Shown here piece by piece: positions 11,630 through 26,085 of a DNA stretch of 64,000 bases; position 1 is the stretch's first letter, and every line of letters starts with the position of its first letter. The notes beneath the pieces were generated by a model, which was given only the letters and a program-made list of their open reading frames with translations, was not told the origin of the DNA and ran no database searches. The stretch lies in assembly GCA_002269645.1 (NCBI GenBank), contig NIVC01000438.1, forward strand, positions 287,379-351,378, in the 5' to 3' direction. The position numbers and the translations under genes are program-made. Source of the DNA: Macrostomum lignano (Eukaryota).

Positions 11630-13213
11630 GAGCCGGAACTGACGAGTTCCGCTGTAATGAAACCCTGGCAGGGTTTCATTTCGCACACAGTCGGTAGCAA
11701 TAGGGATTTCAGCAGTGAGTTCATCCGTATTATATTATTTCACTCTTGTCTTTTTAATTTTCCCATTTGTACACATGCTTACTGATTTTGCCGCGCTTCC
11801 AATCATCGATAATTTTCTCTTCAGAGGCTAGAATTTCCAGAAGAAAAAGTTAGCTGAAAAATATTCAATGGGACGTTGTCATTGACCTTAGTAGACCCTA
11901 TGTGCATGTACACTTACTGCATTTTCATTTCATTCAAAATTTTGTTTCTTTAGAGAACGTGAAGGAGGCATCCCGCGTTTTCAGCAGGCTCTCAGATGAG
12001 GAGAAGAAAAAATTCGGCAAACCGATACCTCTACGCGAGCTACAATCGCGTGCCGTGAAAAGGCTTAAACTTACAGTAAGCCGTCTGTCGCTCCATTTCA
12101 TAGTCAATGCTTTTTTGTGGTGCCAATATTATTTTATTCTTTATTTTAAGCTGGAAGAATGTGAAAGTGCGCAAATTAGAGTGTGCGGCTGCGCTTCAGC
12201 CTCGACTATAAAGGACGTCATCGTATTGGAGACGTCACGCGAACAAGGGCTCGTGGCGGAATCCGGTATTGTTGATGTAAGCATATGCATACCGTTTATA
12301 GTCTGTGCTAATTTGTTGATTTATTGAAACTAAATGTAAACTTTGAAATCTTTTATCTTTATCGTTTATCCCTTTGCAGTGTTTGATCGCTCGAACCCGC
12401 AGTAATTCTTCAAAATCAAAATTTACCGTTTCTGAATTGCGTCAACTCATCCCACCAATTCTGAGCGAGAAGTACCGTAAGTGCACAACATTCAACTTAT
12501 TTTACGGGCGAAGAGCGTATTATGATGAAGCGGGGTAGAGACCGTACGGTGTACTGATTTTGTCGCATTTCGACAATTCCTTGTCGACAATTCCTAACCT
12601 CCATTCCTTGCCCTCCTTCCCTACTCTCTCCCCTATTCTCAACCTCCTTTTCCCCTACCCTCCTTACCCTTCTCTTCTACGTACCCCGTACCCTCTCCCT
12701 CTATCTCCTCTCTACCCTGCTCCCCTAGCCTTCTTTTCTACCCTTTTCGATTCTATGTAAAATTTTGCTGATAGAAGCACAAAATACAGCACAGTGCCGA
12801 TTCGGCTAGCAGAACGTATGCTAAATTGCAACATGATTGCAGGAATTTGTAATAGCCATTGCTCAGTTCAATTACAATGAGACATATGAATGATTTGGAA
12901 CACAAATGCAGAATCTGATTGTTCATTTTGCATTTCAGGAAAAGGTGGAGGTATTGGAAAATTTTCATATGCAAGCGTTGGCGCTGGCGGAGCATGGGTA
13001 GGTTGGCCGGTCGGTGCTCCTCGCGAAAAGCCGCTAAACGCGATGTCGAAGGACGAATTGATGTCATTGTGGATTTCGAAAGAAAATTTGGCATTTGTTG
13101 CCAACAAAGGCGAACGAAAGCGTTGCCGTCGACCTCACGTGGCTGAAACTGTTGACATCGCAAGTTCCACTGACGCTGTGGCTGACCCTGAAGTTCATGT
13201 GATTCTCGACTAA
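11630..13213 (+). CDS. Transposon passenger gene, HMG-box-like protein (~225-234 aa); exons 11630-11714, 11954-12075, 12151-12276, 12380-12476, 12939-13213
   Basis: Five exons with strong GT-AG sites join in frame (705 nt including stop; phases 1,0,0,1). The N-terminus MKPWQGFISHTVGSNRDFSKNVKEASRVFSRLSDEEKKKF follows the HMG-box pattern (KrP..aF..f ... W/F..Ls.eeK..Y/F). A possible start is the ATG at 11657. The domain call is by eye. Confidence 0.62.
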
Positions 13214-13399
13214 AAGACTAGTCTATCAAACATACAGGGGCTAACCCTTGCACTAAGGTTGACTACCCTAATCCGGTCTAGAAGTCTAGAGACATGAAAT
13301 ATGATATGCTTATTACTATTATGCTTATCACCGGCACTCCCAAGAATTGGCCCCTAACTCTCAAAATATCGCCCTTGACCGCTTCCAATAATCACACCT

Positions 13400-13540
13400 G
13401 GACCCTCAAGAATCGCCTTTTAACTTCAATAACCGCCCCCTTACCCCAACAATCGCCCCCTGACCCCAAAAATCGCCCCCTGACCCCAAAACTCGCCCCC
13501 TGACCCCAACAATCGCCCCTTACCCCAAAAATCGTTTCCT
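13400..13540. repeat. ~20-bp tandem repeat (AATCGCCCCCTGACCCCAAA)
   Basis: Five to six degenerate adjacent copies. Confidence 0.8.
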
Positions 13541-14522
13541 ACAAGCGTAACCCCCACCAAGTTGCTGATTATTGCTTTTTTAGTTTTCTTAATTTTTACA
13601 TCGTTAGAGAGGCCTTTTTTTGACTTACTTAGAATGCTCAGGCACTCTGGCTCCAGCTGCTGTGCAGTACTGTTGAATTTCTTGGTACTTCTTTAATGGT
13701 TCTTATTCGTTAAATATAAAAGTTGAAACAGCGCGCCAAACGCATCGATGCACGTGCCTATTAAATTGTTATAGTACTGTTCTATGGCAATTGCGGTTTG
13801 AAGTTTTTGTTTTAACAGTTAGCTAAATTCCTTGTGTTACAGTCAAACGATGCATATCGAAATTTTTTATTCAGCTATTTAACATCATGCGTTTCGGACC
13901 TTTCTTGCGTTGACACCTCAAGCTTCAGAGTACTTTGAGACCCGCCTATTCAGTACTCAAGTCCCCACTCCTGAGCTCGTAGACAGCCCCATGGTAGCAT
14001 ATTGATGTGAACGAGTGGCAAGGTTCTACAGCCAACAAGAGAAGACGGCTATCTAAAGTCTATAGCCGATAAGGGATACTGCATAGACAAGATCGCACGG
14101 TTATTCAAGTCGTAGTGTTCCCACCGCAGCGAATTTTAATCGCTGAGCGATTTTAAATAGATGAGGGGTTTTTTGTCGTAGTTTTCAATTTTCAGCGACT
14201 TTTTATTCTGGAGTAAGAATCGTTAGATTCTGGAGTAAGAATCGTTAGAGTAAGCAGTAAGGGTCTGTAAAACTGCATTAACCCTCTAACGATTCTCTCC
14301 CCAACATTGACGAACCCCCAGCCAGTTCCCCCAGTGTAAAATGGCTGATAGATATCAAAGATACATGCATGCCCAATGTAGCAATAGCTTAGAATTCTTA
14401 GTTTTTATAGGCTAGCCATTTATACCAAACCCGGCCCATTCTAGCTGCAGATCGAGCGGCCACCAATAGACAGAATTGCGTAGAAGTCATCTATGGTTAA
14501 TTTGAAATTTTTTGCATACATG

Positions 14523-14750
14523 TAGACGGGCGGATTTAGGGGGGGGGCGGCCGCCTCCCCCCCCCCCAAATAGCTTGACCGAACATATTGCGCCCCCAAA
14601 AACCTAAATTTGCGCCCCTAAACTTGATTTTTCGCCCCCTATATGCATTTTTTGCGCCCCGTAGCTTAAAATTGGCGCCCCTTACACTCGTGTTGGCGCC
14701 CCAAACTTGGACCGCCCCCCCCCTAAAATGAAACTCTGGATCCGCCACTG
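14523..14750. mobile_element. MITE with GGCGGAT...ATCCGCC termini
   Basis: GGGCGGATTTAGGGGGG at 14528 and CTGGATCCGCCACTG ending at 14750; GC-rich GCGCCCC interior. TSD unclear. Confidence 0.65.
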
Positions 14751-14989
14751 CATGTAGATTCAATACAGGTCAAGTGGATCCACACGCAGCCGTGGAGTGG
14801 ATTGAGCTGGACTAAAAAACGTATTTACGCTGATTTGAAGAGCACTGGAAATTCACTGAAATTGAAGCATCGATATCTCAGCAACTACTCAATATTTTGA
14901 CAAGCAGTAAAGTACAGCTGGTGCAGAATTTCTATACCTATATTATGAAGTAAAATTTCATGCCCCAGATCCATCGTTTTGGGGTACAC

Positions 14990-15469
14990 TAGCTCGTATG
15001 TCTCGGAAAGAAGTGCATTTTGGCATAACTCTAGTAGTGGAATAGGCATCTTTACGCTCCAATGCTGGAGTTTCCTTTATGCTCCAATGCTGGAGTTATA
15101 TCAGCTCCAGTATTGGAGTTTCGGTTTTGGAACCGGAAAAGTGCAGATAACTCCACCGGACAACCTTCTGGCGCTCTGGGACCGCCGCCAATCGACTCAG
15201 GGAGCCGAAATCTCTCAGAAAATGTATCCCCCGGCCTAGGTGCACTTGTCAAATACACCTGATCAACCTGCTGTCAGTATAATGATTCTCCAAGTAAGCC
15301 GGCTGTCCTGCAACTAATCAAAACTACGCCAGCCACTGAGCAGTGTCGCACTAAACTGCACGCTAAAATCGACCATCAATCTAGTATGGAGTCTACAAGG
15401 CTCCAATTCTGGATTCCTTTATATATTCCACTACTGGAGTTATGCCAAAATGCACTTCTTTCCGAGCTA
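14990..15469. mobile_element. MITE with ~45-bp TIR
   Basis: CTCGGAAAGAAGTGCATTTTGGCATAACTCTAGTAGTGGAATA (~15002) is inverted to TATTCCACTACTGGAGTTATGCCAAAATGCACTTCTTTCCGAG (~15424-15466). Confidence 0.7.
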
Positions 15470-15640
15470 AAGCAGTTATATATGTCTAAGGTTAATCGTG
15501 ACTTCGGAATTCCTTCCTCGTACAAACTTCAGCCATTAAGAATATAGGAGGACTATTATTAAATTACAGCAGCCAATAAAAATTAATGGGGAGAACATCG
15601 CTCATTCAGATTGAGCGATCCTTTCTATTCCTTCATCCGT

Positions 15641-15841
15641 TGGGCCGACTCGTATGCAGAAAGCCTAGTCCAGACTAGCTAGTCCGGACTTGGGTAGTTC
15701 AGTCTATAGTCTATGGTCTAGCTAGCCTAGTTCTGCTATAGTAGACTGGTCTAACTTTGTGTTTCTGCATACCAAATCCAAGTCTAGGTACTAGCTTTTC
15801 AAGACCGGACTACCCTAGACAGAGCTTTCTGCATACGGCCC
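15641..15841. mobile_element. Small MITE (GGGCCG..TATGCAGAAAGC termini)
   Basis: GGGCCGACTCGTATGCAGAAAGC versus GCTTTCTGCATACGGCCC. Confidence 0.55.
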
Positions 15842-15938
15842 ATGGTCATAGCTAGCTCGTGCATGCTGCCTATTCTGATATACATGCAGCAATAATTCAC
15901 TCTTTGTAACGCAGTTTGCAGGGCGACTCTTTGTAAGA

Positions 15939-17295
15939 CTCAGCAACAGTCAAAAGTTCCACCCTCCAAGCGAGATGGAATTTTTCTCACTTATTGTGAG
16001 TTACGCAACTTGCGGCACGCAGCGAAGCTTGTCACTTGGGGGGCTTGGGTCTGTGTAATGGTACAAAACTGCGTAACTTTAAGAGGACAAATGTTCAGTC
16101 TAATCCATGCACACACGATTTCAAAAATGGTCCGGCAAATGACTAATGCTGAACGATGGCGTGCTGTTGGAATTCTGGAAGTCGGTGTGTTCATCAGTGA
16201 AGTTGCTCGCAGATTTGGAAGATCGCGAGCGGCAATTCGAAAACTGCTGACAAAGTCCCGTGAGACTGGCAGCGTGGAGCACGCTGCGAAAGGCAGTCAG
16301 CGCCTGCCTTTTATGGGGTGAGAAAAGCAGAGCAGGAAACATCCTGAGCGCCTAAGACAGTTCGACGTCGAATTCGTGAGAGTGGCTTCCGCTCTCGCAA
16401 GATTCGCAAGCGGCCTCGACTCAGTAGAGTCCTGCCCATGTGCACATCGCCAGCCGAGAACAGTGGGCGATGCAGCGCGTCCACTGGAGGCAGCAGCAGT
16501 GGCGACGCGTTGTTTTCACTGACGAGAGCCGGTTCCAACTTTTCCAAGCAGATGGTCGCTGCACCCGCGTTTGACGAGAACCGCGGCGGGAGATGCTGCA
16601 GCAGCATGTACAGTGCGCTGAGAGCCAGGCTGCCTCAGTTCACGTTTGGGCCGGCATCTCGCTACTTTCAAGGACGGATATCGTCTTCCTGGATGCCAAC
16701 GTGAACGCTAATAGCTACGCAGATTTTCTGCAGACTCGGTTCCTACCGTTTGCCGACGCTGCTTTCGGAGGAGGTGGCAACTGCATTCTCCAGGATGATA
16801 ACGCGCCGCTACACCGAGCCGATGCTGTTGGTCAAGTGAAAGAGCAGCTACAGATCCGCACTCTGCGCTGGCCTTCCCGGTCCCCAGACATGAATCCAAT
16901 CGAGCATGTCTGGGACTTTCTAAATCGCAGCATTCGAAAAGAGAATGCACCACAGAATGTTGCGGAGCTACGTCACGCCATTGAAAACGCTTGGCAGCAA
17001 CTTCCCCAGGACTTTCTGCGCCGCCTCATCTTGGGGATGCCCGCAGAGTCGCCGCTCTTCTGCGTGCGAGGGGATCTCACACGCGGTATTAAGCATTGCA
17101 ATTCTAACTGCATATTGCATAGAAAATAAACTTGTGATTTTGTGCAACTGGCATTTATTATTGATTCAATCACTCTTCCCTCCTCGCGGCGTACTGTACC
17201 TGGTAGTTGCGTAACTCGCGGGTTGAAGTGTGAGCGATAAGAATTATCTCTGGCTAGTAGGCGCGATAGGGGTGGAACTTTTTAATGTTGCTGAG
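15939..17295 (+). mobile_element. Tc1 (DD34E) element, decayed
   Basis: Imperfect TIRs CTCAGCAACA...AAAAGTTCCACCC / GGGTGGAACTTTT..TGTTGCTGAG followed by TA. Transposase fragments include an HTH (EVARRFGRSRAAI), FTDESRF, VWAGIS, QDDNAPLH and WPSRSPDMNPIEHVW, with 34 residues between D and E. Frameshifts and stops are present. Confidence 0.92.
16127..17129 (+). pseudogene. Tc1 transposase pseudogene
   Basis: Split across ORFs 16010-16321 and 16593-17129 by stops and frameshifts. Confidence 0.88.
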
Positions 17296-17320
17296 TATAC
17301 TTCAGACGAGCAATCCATTA

Positions 17321-17497
17321 CTCAGCAACATTGAAAAGTCGCCACTCTATGCGCCAGTGAGCAGTTTCTTTTGGACTATTCGGAAATAAAAGATACGAGA
17401 AAACTGATCGGGTGGCTTTAATCCGTCCAACCCTCGCACACCGCACACCACAGACGGAATCTTCTGCAGGTGATGGCGACTTTTCGATGTTGCTGAG
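17321..17497. mobile_element. Tc1-type MITE, TA-flanked
   Basis: TA|CTCAGCAACATTGAAAAGTCGCCA ... TGGCGACTTTTCGATGTTGCTGAG|TA; same terminus as the adjacent Tc1. A second, interrupted copy lies at ~17546-18003. Confidence 0.8.
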
Positions 17498-17728
17498 TAT
17501 AGTAATATATTATTCATCTACATGTATGGCTGAGCTGAGATACAGTCAGCACATTGAAAAGTCGCCATGCGACATTAAGCAATTTCTCTTGGATTATAAT
17601 ACAAAATAAAAACGAGAAAAATGATCGGGGTATACATGTAGCTTTATCCGTCAAACCCTCGCACACCGCTCCCCCACTTCATTCCTCAACTCGTCTGCCG
17701 CGGCGTAGCTAATTAGTTGCGTCACTCG

Positions 17729-17912
17729 CAGGGGCGGATGAAGACGGGGGCCATGGCCCCCCTCCACCCGCGGCCAAAAAATATTTGGTCATACTTTTTT
17801 AGACTGCTACTATGCCAGGTCTATTTTCCAATATGGGGTTTGTAGTTCGTAATGCTTGGTATACGAGTAGCTTGGCCCTGGCCTCCTCAAAAATTTTCTG
17901 GATCCGCGCCTG
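17729..17912. mobile_element. hAT-type MITE with 8-bp TSD
   Basis: CAGGGGCGGAT...ATCCGCGCCTG flanked by GTCACTCG on both sides (17721-17728, 17913-17920). A decayed copy sits inside both giant TIRs (~8495-8650, ~24910-25065). Confidence 0.85.
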
Positions 17913-18466
17913 GTCACTCGCAAAGGTTGAGATACATGTACTTTACCTGCACTCTCAAAAGTGGCGACCACAGACGGAATCTTGTGATGGCGATGTTGCC
18001 GAGTGTAGGTTGAGAAATTCTATATTGAGATCGCCTTGTACATGTATAGAGTACCAAGGCCAAAAGTTTAAGCCACGATTTTCGAGCTCCTACCCATCCC
18101 CTCCGGTCGCCGAGATTTATGTCTGAAATTGACGCCTCGATCTAGACATACGTTCAGTGCAGCATACGGTGTCCGCGCTGTCGAGTCTGATGAAAGACTT
18201 GATTGGTGACATGCATTGCGACAAGTTGATAAAGCCAATCCATGTTACGAGTGTTTCTGTTTAAAGTCGGCAGACGATCGATATTTGTAGTCCCAATATG
18301 CAGTCGGAAATCCAATCACCCAACGAATTCCATCGTAGCGTACATGCATAACAAAGAAATAAGGCAGTACAAAGAGCACTAGCAGACATGTCTCAACAAG
18401 TTTCATTTCTTCTTTTGAATCAGATATACTAATTTTTTTTTTGACTAAATTTATTCAGATTCGCAA

Positions 18467-18993
18467 CAGGGGCGTAGGGAGCTGGGGGGATAGGGGGATG
18501 TACCTGGTATCCCCCCACCGAAGAGCCTGGCCAAAACTTTTTCTGTTGCCCCTTGTTGCTATACATGCTACCATGTGACTCTGTCATAACACTTTTACCT
18601 TGGTGTATCCCCCCGTAGAAAATTCACCTTGGTGTATCCCCCCGTAGGAAATTCACCTTGGTGTATCCCCCCGTAGGAAATTCACCTTGGTGTATCCCCC
18701 CCGTAGGAAATTCACCTTGGTGTATCCCCCCGTAGGAAATTCACCTTGGTGTATCCCTCCCGTAGGAAATTCACCTTGGTGTATCCCCCCGTAGGAAATT
18801 CACCTTGGTGTATCCCCCCGTAGGAAATTCACCTTGGTGTATCCCCCCGTAGGAAATTCACCTTGGTGTATCCCCCCGTAGGAAATTCACCTTGGTGTAT
18901 CCCCCCCGTAGGAAATTCACCTTGGTGTATCCCCCCCGTAGAAAATTCACCTTGGTGTATCCCCCCCGTAGAAAATTCCTGGCTACGCCCCTG
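18467..18993. mobile_element. hAT-type MITE with 8-bp TSD and internal ~30-bp tandem array
   Basis: CAGGGGCGTAG...CTACGCCCCTG; TSD ATTCGCAA (18459-18466, 18994-19001); ~12 copies of TTCACCTTGGTGTATCCCCCCGTAGGAAA at ~18595-18975. Confidence 0.87.
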
Positions 18994-19130
18994 ATTCGCA
19001 ATGGGATAAACAGTCTCCTCTGAGTGCAGTTCGTACAAGGTAAGCCGTAAGGTATTACATGTATAAATGCTGAAGGCAATAAAGCAATTAATGAATGTAC
19101 CAAAAATTTAACTGAATATACTAATGCAAA

Positions 19131-19331
19131 GGGCTTGTCAACTTGAGCTCATAAAGTGGAGCCCGAGTAACCTAATATTACACAAATTATATGCCATTCA
19201 AACAAATTAGTCCAATTTTCATCACTTTTTCGCCAAACCCTGCTTTTTGGTGTCACTGCGAGCAAAATGACACATAACTTTTGTACATGATTTACTCGGG
19301 CTCCACTTTATGAGCTTAAGTTGACAGAGCC
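19131..19331. mobile_element. MITE with ~40-bp TIR
   Basis: GGGCTTGTCAACTTGAGCTCATAAAGTGGAGCCCGAGTAA versus TTACTCGGGCTCCACTTTATGAGCTTAAGTTGACAGAGCC. Confidence 0.8.
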
Positions 19332-19555
19332 TTTGAATTACTGGACAATAAAACGCACAAATACAAAGAGCGGCAAAATACAAATGAAAATTCAGAGTAG
19401 AAAAATCGAAAAAACAATTAAATCCACAATATAAGTCAAACTACATGTAATATTACGAGCGTAATTGTGCCACTCAGTCAATATACGAAGCACGAGCTTG
19501 AGTTCACTGAATATTCAGCAATCATCGTTGAGACAAGAGACAATAGAAGACTGAA

Positions 19556-22500
19556 TTATTCAATGGAATCGACAAAGCACTGCTGATCCGGAAAATTTTT
19601 TAAATGGTTTTGAATAAGCAGACGAAGACCATCAACTCGGACAGCCATTAGCGCCTCGACAGGTTCACCAGCAGAGGACGTTAGCGCAGACTGCATGCGG
19701 ACAAGGGCGTCTGATAAAAAGCGAGTCACACGAGCAATTTCCATCTGGACGATTCGAGGCTCCTCTTGCAGTCGTTGAATCAGGTTATTAAGTCGGATTG
19801 CCTCAATGTGCTTTCCTCGGTCAAGGCATCCGAAATCAGAGAACCCTTTCGACTGGGGAAGATTGAAATCTTCAAAGCGGAGCATTTGCGCTCGAGAAGA
19901 ACGCGAGTTAAATTCCCGAATGATTCTATTCGCTTTCCTTTCGGAAGCCCTGATGGCATTGCGAAGGCGTTTGGATAACTTCTGTCCTCGTTCAGTAGCA
20001 GTGCGCCGCACTAAAAAGTCACGCTCACAGGCCAGTCGATGGAGTCTTTCAATTGTCTTCCTTCGTCTAGTGGGTCTTCGGCGAGTGGTGCTATACATGA
20101 TCCGCAATTCGGCCTCCCACTGAGCAGCCAAGTCATGAAATCCGTCGATATCATCTGATAAGGTTGGTAGTGGCGCAAAATGCATTGCATGAATTAGGGA
20201 ATGAAATAAGCTTCGTGCTGAGCTCCAAATTGCAGTTAAGCTTAGAAGGAAAAATTATTTGAATTTACCGTTGAGTCCATTATTCAGCATGAATTGTTGG
20301 ACATCCTTTTCGAGGCTATTGCGGAACGTTTCTATATAACTGATTCGTCTCTTTAGCCAGGAAGCTGTAATTTAAAGGTGTGGAGCATTGAAGACGGCGT
20401 AATACTATAAGAACCACAACTACAGAAAATATGGAAAGTACCTACAAATAGTAAGGAGCTTGTGAAAGTTTAGAGAACAGGCAATGTGGCAAAGAAACTG
20501 CCTGCGATGTTTGTGGCTCATTTCTTTTAGCTGAGGACCGTAGCGTCGCAGATTTGACCACAGCGATTCGCAGCTTTCGCCATCTGTCAGGCCGGCACCA
20601 TTGGTGAAGCGAATTCCAGCTGTCATCTGGCAACCAAAATTGTGGCCGTAAGCATGCATAGCAGGAATCGCGAATTTCAAGCGATCATTTTTAAAATGTC
20701 CGGACAGCTTGCACGCAATGTCATATACGACAGTAATCGGTACTGACGACGGCACCTCTTCAAGCATCTGAGTGACCATGGCGTACGAGTAGTTCAACCT
20801 AAAAAGGACAATTCAAAGTTCGCTGTTGTTTCGCTTGCAAATAATTTAATATGAATTGCAACAAAAACGAGTATTTACCTTTCACCAGCAGTGATAATGT
20901 CAGCTAGATAGCGAATACACCCGTGTCTACATGAGCCACAGAAACAACCGAAAACATCCAAGTTCTTAGCGTCGGAAGCGGATACAAGCGCCTGTCCACG
21001 ACCACCTGCATTCCAGTTTGCGCAGTGGTCCTCACTGGGCTCCTTATCGTCCTCAATGTTCACGTTGACAAAAAAAGGTCCTTCTGTTGAAGGTAAGCAT
21101 TCCTTTCCAGCACTGCTACGATGCCGAATTCCAAAACACCCGTCCAAGATAAGGAATACTGGAGCTGCTTGCTCACTCTCATTTGCCTGACCCAGTGATG
21201 GAGGCTCGTGACTCGACGCGGGAGGCTCGTGACTCGGCGAGGGAGGCTCGTGACTCGGCGAGGGAGGCTCGTGACTCGGCGAGGGAGGCTCGTGACTCGG
21301 CGAGGGAGGCTCGTGACTCGGCGAGGGAGGCTCGTCACTCGGCGAGGGAGGCTCGTGACTCGGCGAGGGAGGCTCGTGACTCGACGCGGGAGGCTCGTGA
21401 CTCGACGCGGGAGGCTCGTGACTCGGCGCAGGAGGCTCGTTACTCGGCGAGGGAGGCTCGTGACTCGGCGAGGGAGGCTCGTGACTCGACGCGGGAGGCT
21501 CGTGACTCGGCGCAGGAGGCTCGTTACATTGGCGTTCTTGAAGCTGAAATGGATGTATTGTAATGAATCATACAAAATATGAGGGTATCCAAAAGACATG
21601 GCATGACATCACTCGACTGGTTCCAAATTTAAGTTCAACCTCCTCTTCCCAGAAAATGGCTTACAAAGCAGGCAGCGCATTCCAATTTTCCAGACCATCG
21701 CATGTCCTGCAGCAGATGCTGAAAGGCTGTCATTGAGCCATAGGAGTTCAGCATGCGGTAGATATTCACCTAAAATATCACAATTTCTTAATTATTATTT
21801 TGCAAAGTGTAAAGGCGTATAAACAAAGCGACACACAAACGGTACTACGAGCTCTTACCGGGTTAAGACGCCACATGGAGGACTTGACGAATTGAATTGC
21901 TTGGCATATAGAATACAGCGAAGCAGTCGTATACTGCCGGAGAGATTCGATTGTCATCAAAAGCCGAATCGAAATGGCTTTGGGAACAAACGCTCTCTCT
22001 GGATTAGAATGAATGGGCCAGTAGCCTTTTCCAATAAATACCTCAGTTAGTGAAATGCAGCTGCAAAGACTAATTCGTACATCGATATCTTCACCTAGAA
22101 AGTTGCCAGCGTAGGTATGTACTAGATTGCAGTTTATAAAGTTAAATCGCAACAACCACAGCAAAAAACAGCGACAGCCAGATTTAGAAAAATGCCTACC
22201 TTCTTCGTTTATGAAGACAGCATTTCTGTTTGAGTAGCGAGACAAACCGCATTTGCAGAGACACTCAATGTCCGTCACGGTGCGGTCTCTAACGAAGTAC
22301 TTGCCCTGAAATCAGTACCCATAAACTGCTATATTTACGCATGAGTTATATTTGTTTGTACGAGTTCAGAAAAAAAGGTGCATGAACTCACGTTCCATTT
22401 CTCTACAACATGCAGCGGTCTGTGTCGATGATGAAGCTGCAAACAATGGTGGCACACAGTTGACAAGTGACAAGTGGTACATCTAAAAATGTTGTCCAAC

Positions 22501-22938
22501 TCAGATGCACCACATAGCTCACAAGAAGAGCGAGCTTTAAGTGTTTCGCCAAAAGCATTCAAAAGATAATCTCGATTTCGATTCCACATCTCATTGCTGT
22601 ATTCCACACGCTTGGAATGGTTTGCTGTTGACGATGGCATGCTATGCTCTTGACGCAATTCGGTCTCCGTCTCACTCAGTGGCAGCCATTCAGCATCATC
22701 CGGAGGCTTCTCGCTAAAGAATTTTTTTTTACAAACAGAATATCATAGCATAGCATCTAATTAACATGATGCTTCTAAAGAAAATAGAAGATTGTTGTGC
22801 GACTTTAACTTACGAACAGGAAGGTTCAATTCTTGAGTGCTTCACGGGAGCAACGTTTACCGGAATTTGGGCTGTACGCTTTCCTCTACCAGCCACGAGC
22901 GACTTTACATTTCGCCGAAAAGCTCGACAAAAAACCAT
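19556..22938 (-). CDS. KDZ transposase with CxC cysteine cluster, 749 aa; exons 22938-22814, 22713-22392, 22305-22200, 22094-21859, 21769-21665, 21186-20879, 20798-20446, 20364-20269, 20154-19556
   Basis: Nine GT-AG exons total 2250 nt with consistent phases and no internal stop. Motifs: C..C...FRCTTC...C..C...H...PLH (CxC-type), ISLCSC...GYWP, LECAAC, LDGCFG, DVFG...CRHG...GER, VYDIACKL, FAIPAMHAYGH...CQ, GAGLTDGESCESLWSNL. These match the known KDZ catalytic core. Confidence 0.92.
21190..21525. repeat. 21-bp minisatellite (GGGAGGCTCGTGACTCGGCGA) in intron 5 of the KDZ gene
   Basis: ~16 tandem copies; gives the EARDSAR / VTSLPRR pseudo-ORFs. Confidence 0.95.
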
Positions 22939-22971
22939 AACAGCTGAAATCACAAAAGAAGGAGAGTAAGA

Positions 22972-26085
<3,114 letters not shown>

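Noticed and set aside
11825-11900. Extra exon in the passenger gene
   Set aside because: It has an acceptor-like site, but every phase-compatible frame hits a stop. Skipping it yields the clean HMG-like junction.
12200-12930. Ulp1/SUMO-protease similarity (TIKDVIVL..., SHC, ESDC)
   Set aside because: The catalytic His and Cys look-alikes fall in predicted intron sequence and in incompatible frames; probably coincidence.
18595-18975. CRISPR-like ~30-bp repeats
   Set aside because: Head-to-tail copies with no spacers, inside a eukaryotic MITE, and no cas genes.
21060-21599. EARDSAR / VTSLPRR ORFs as part of the transposase
   Set aside because: They lie within intron 5; the spliced frame closes without them.
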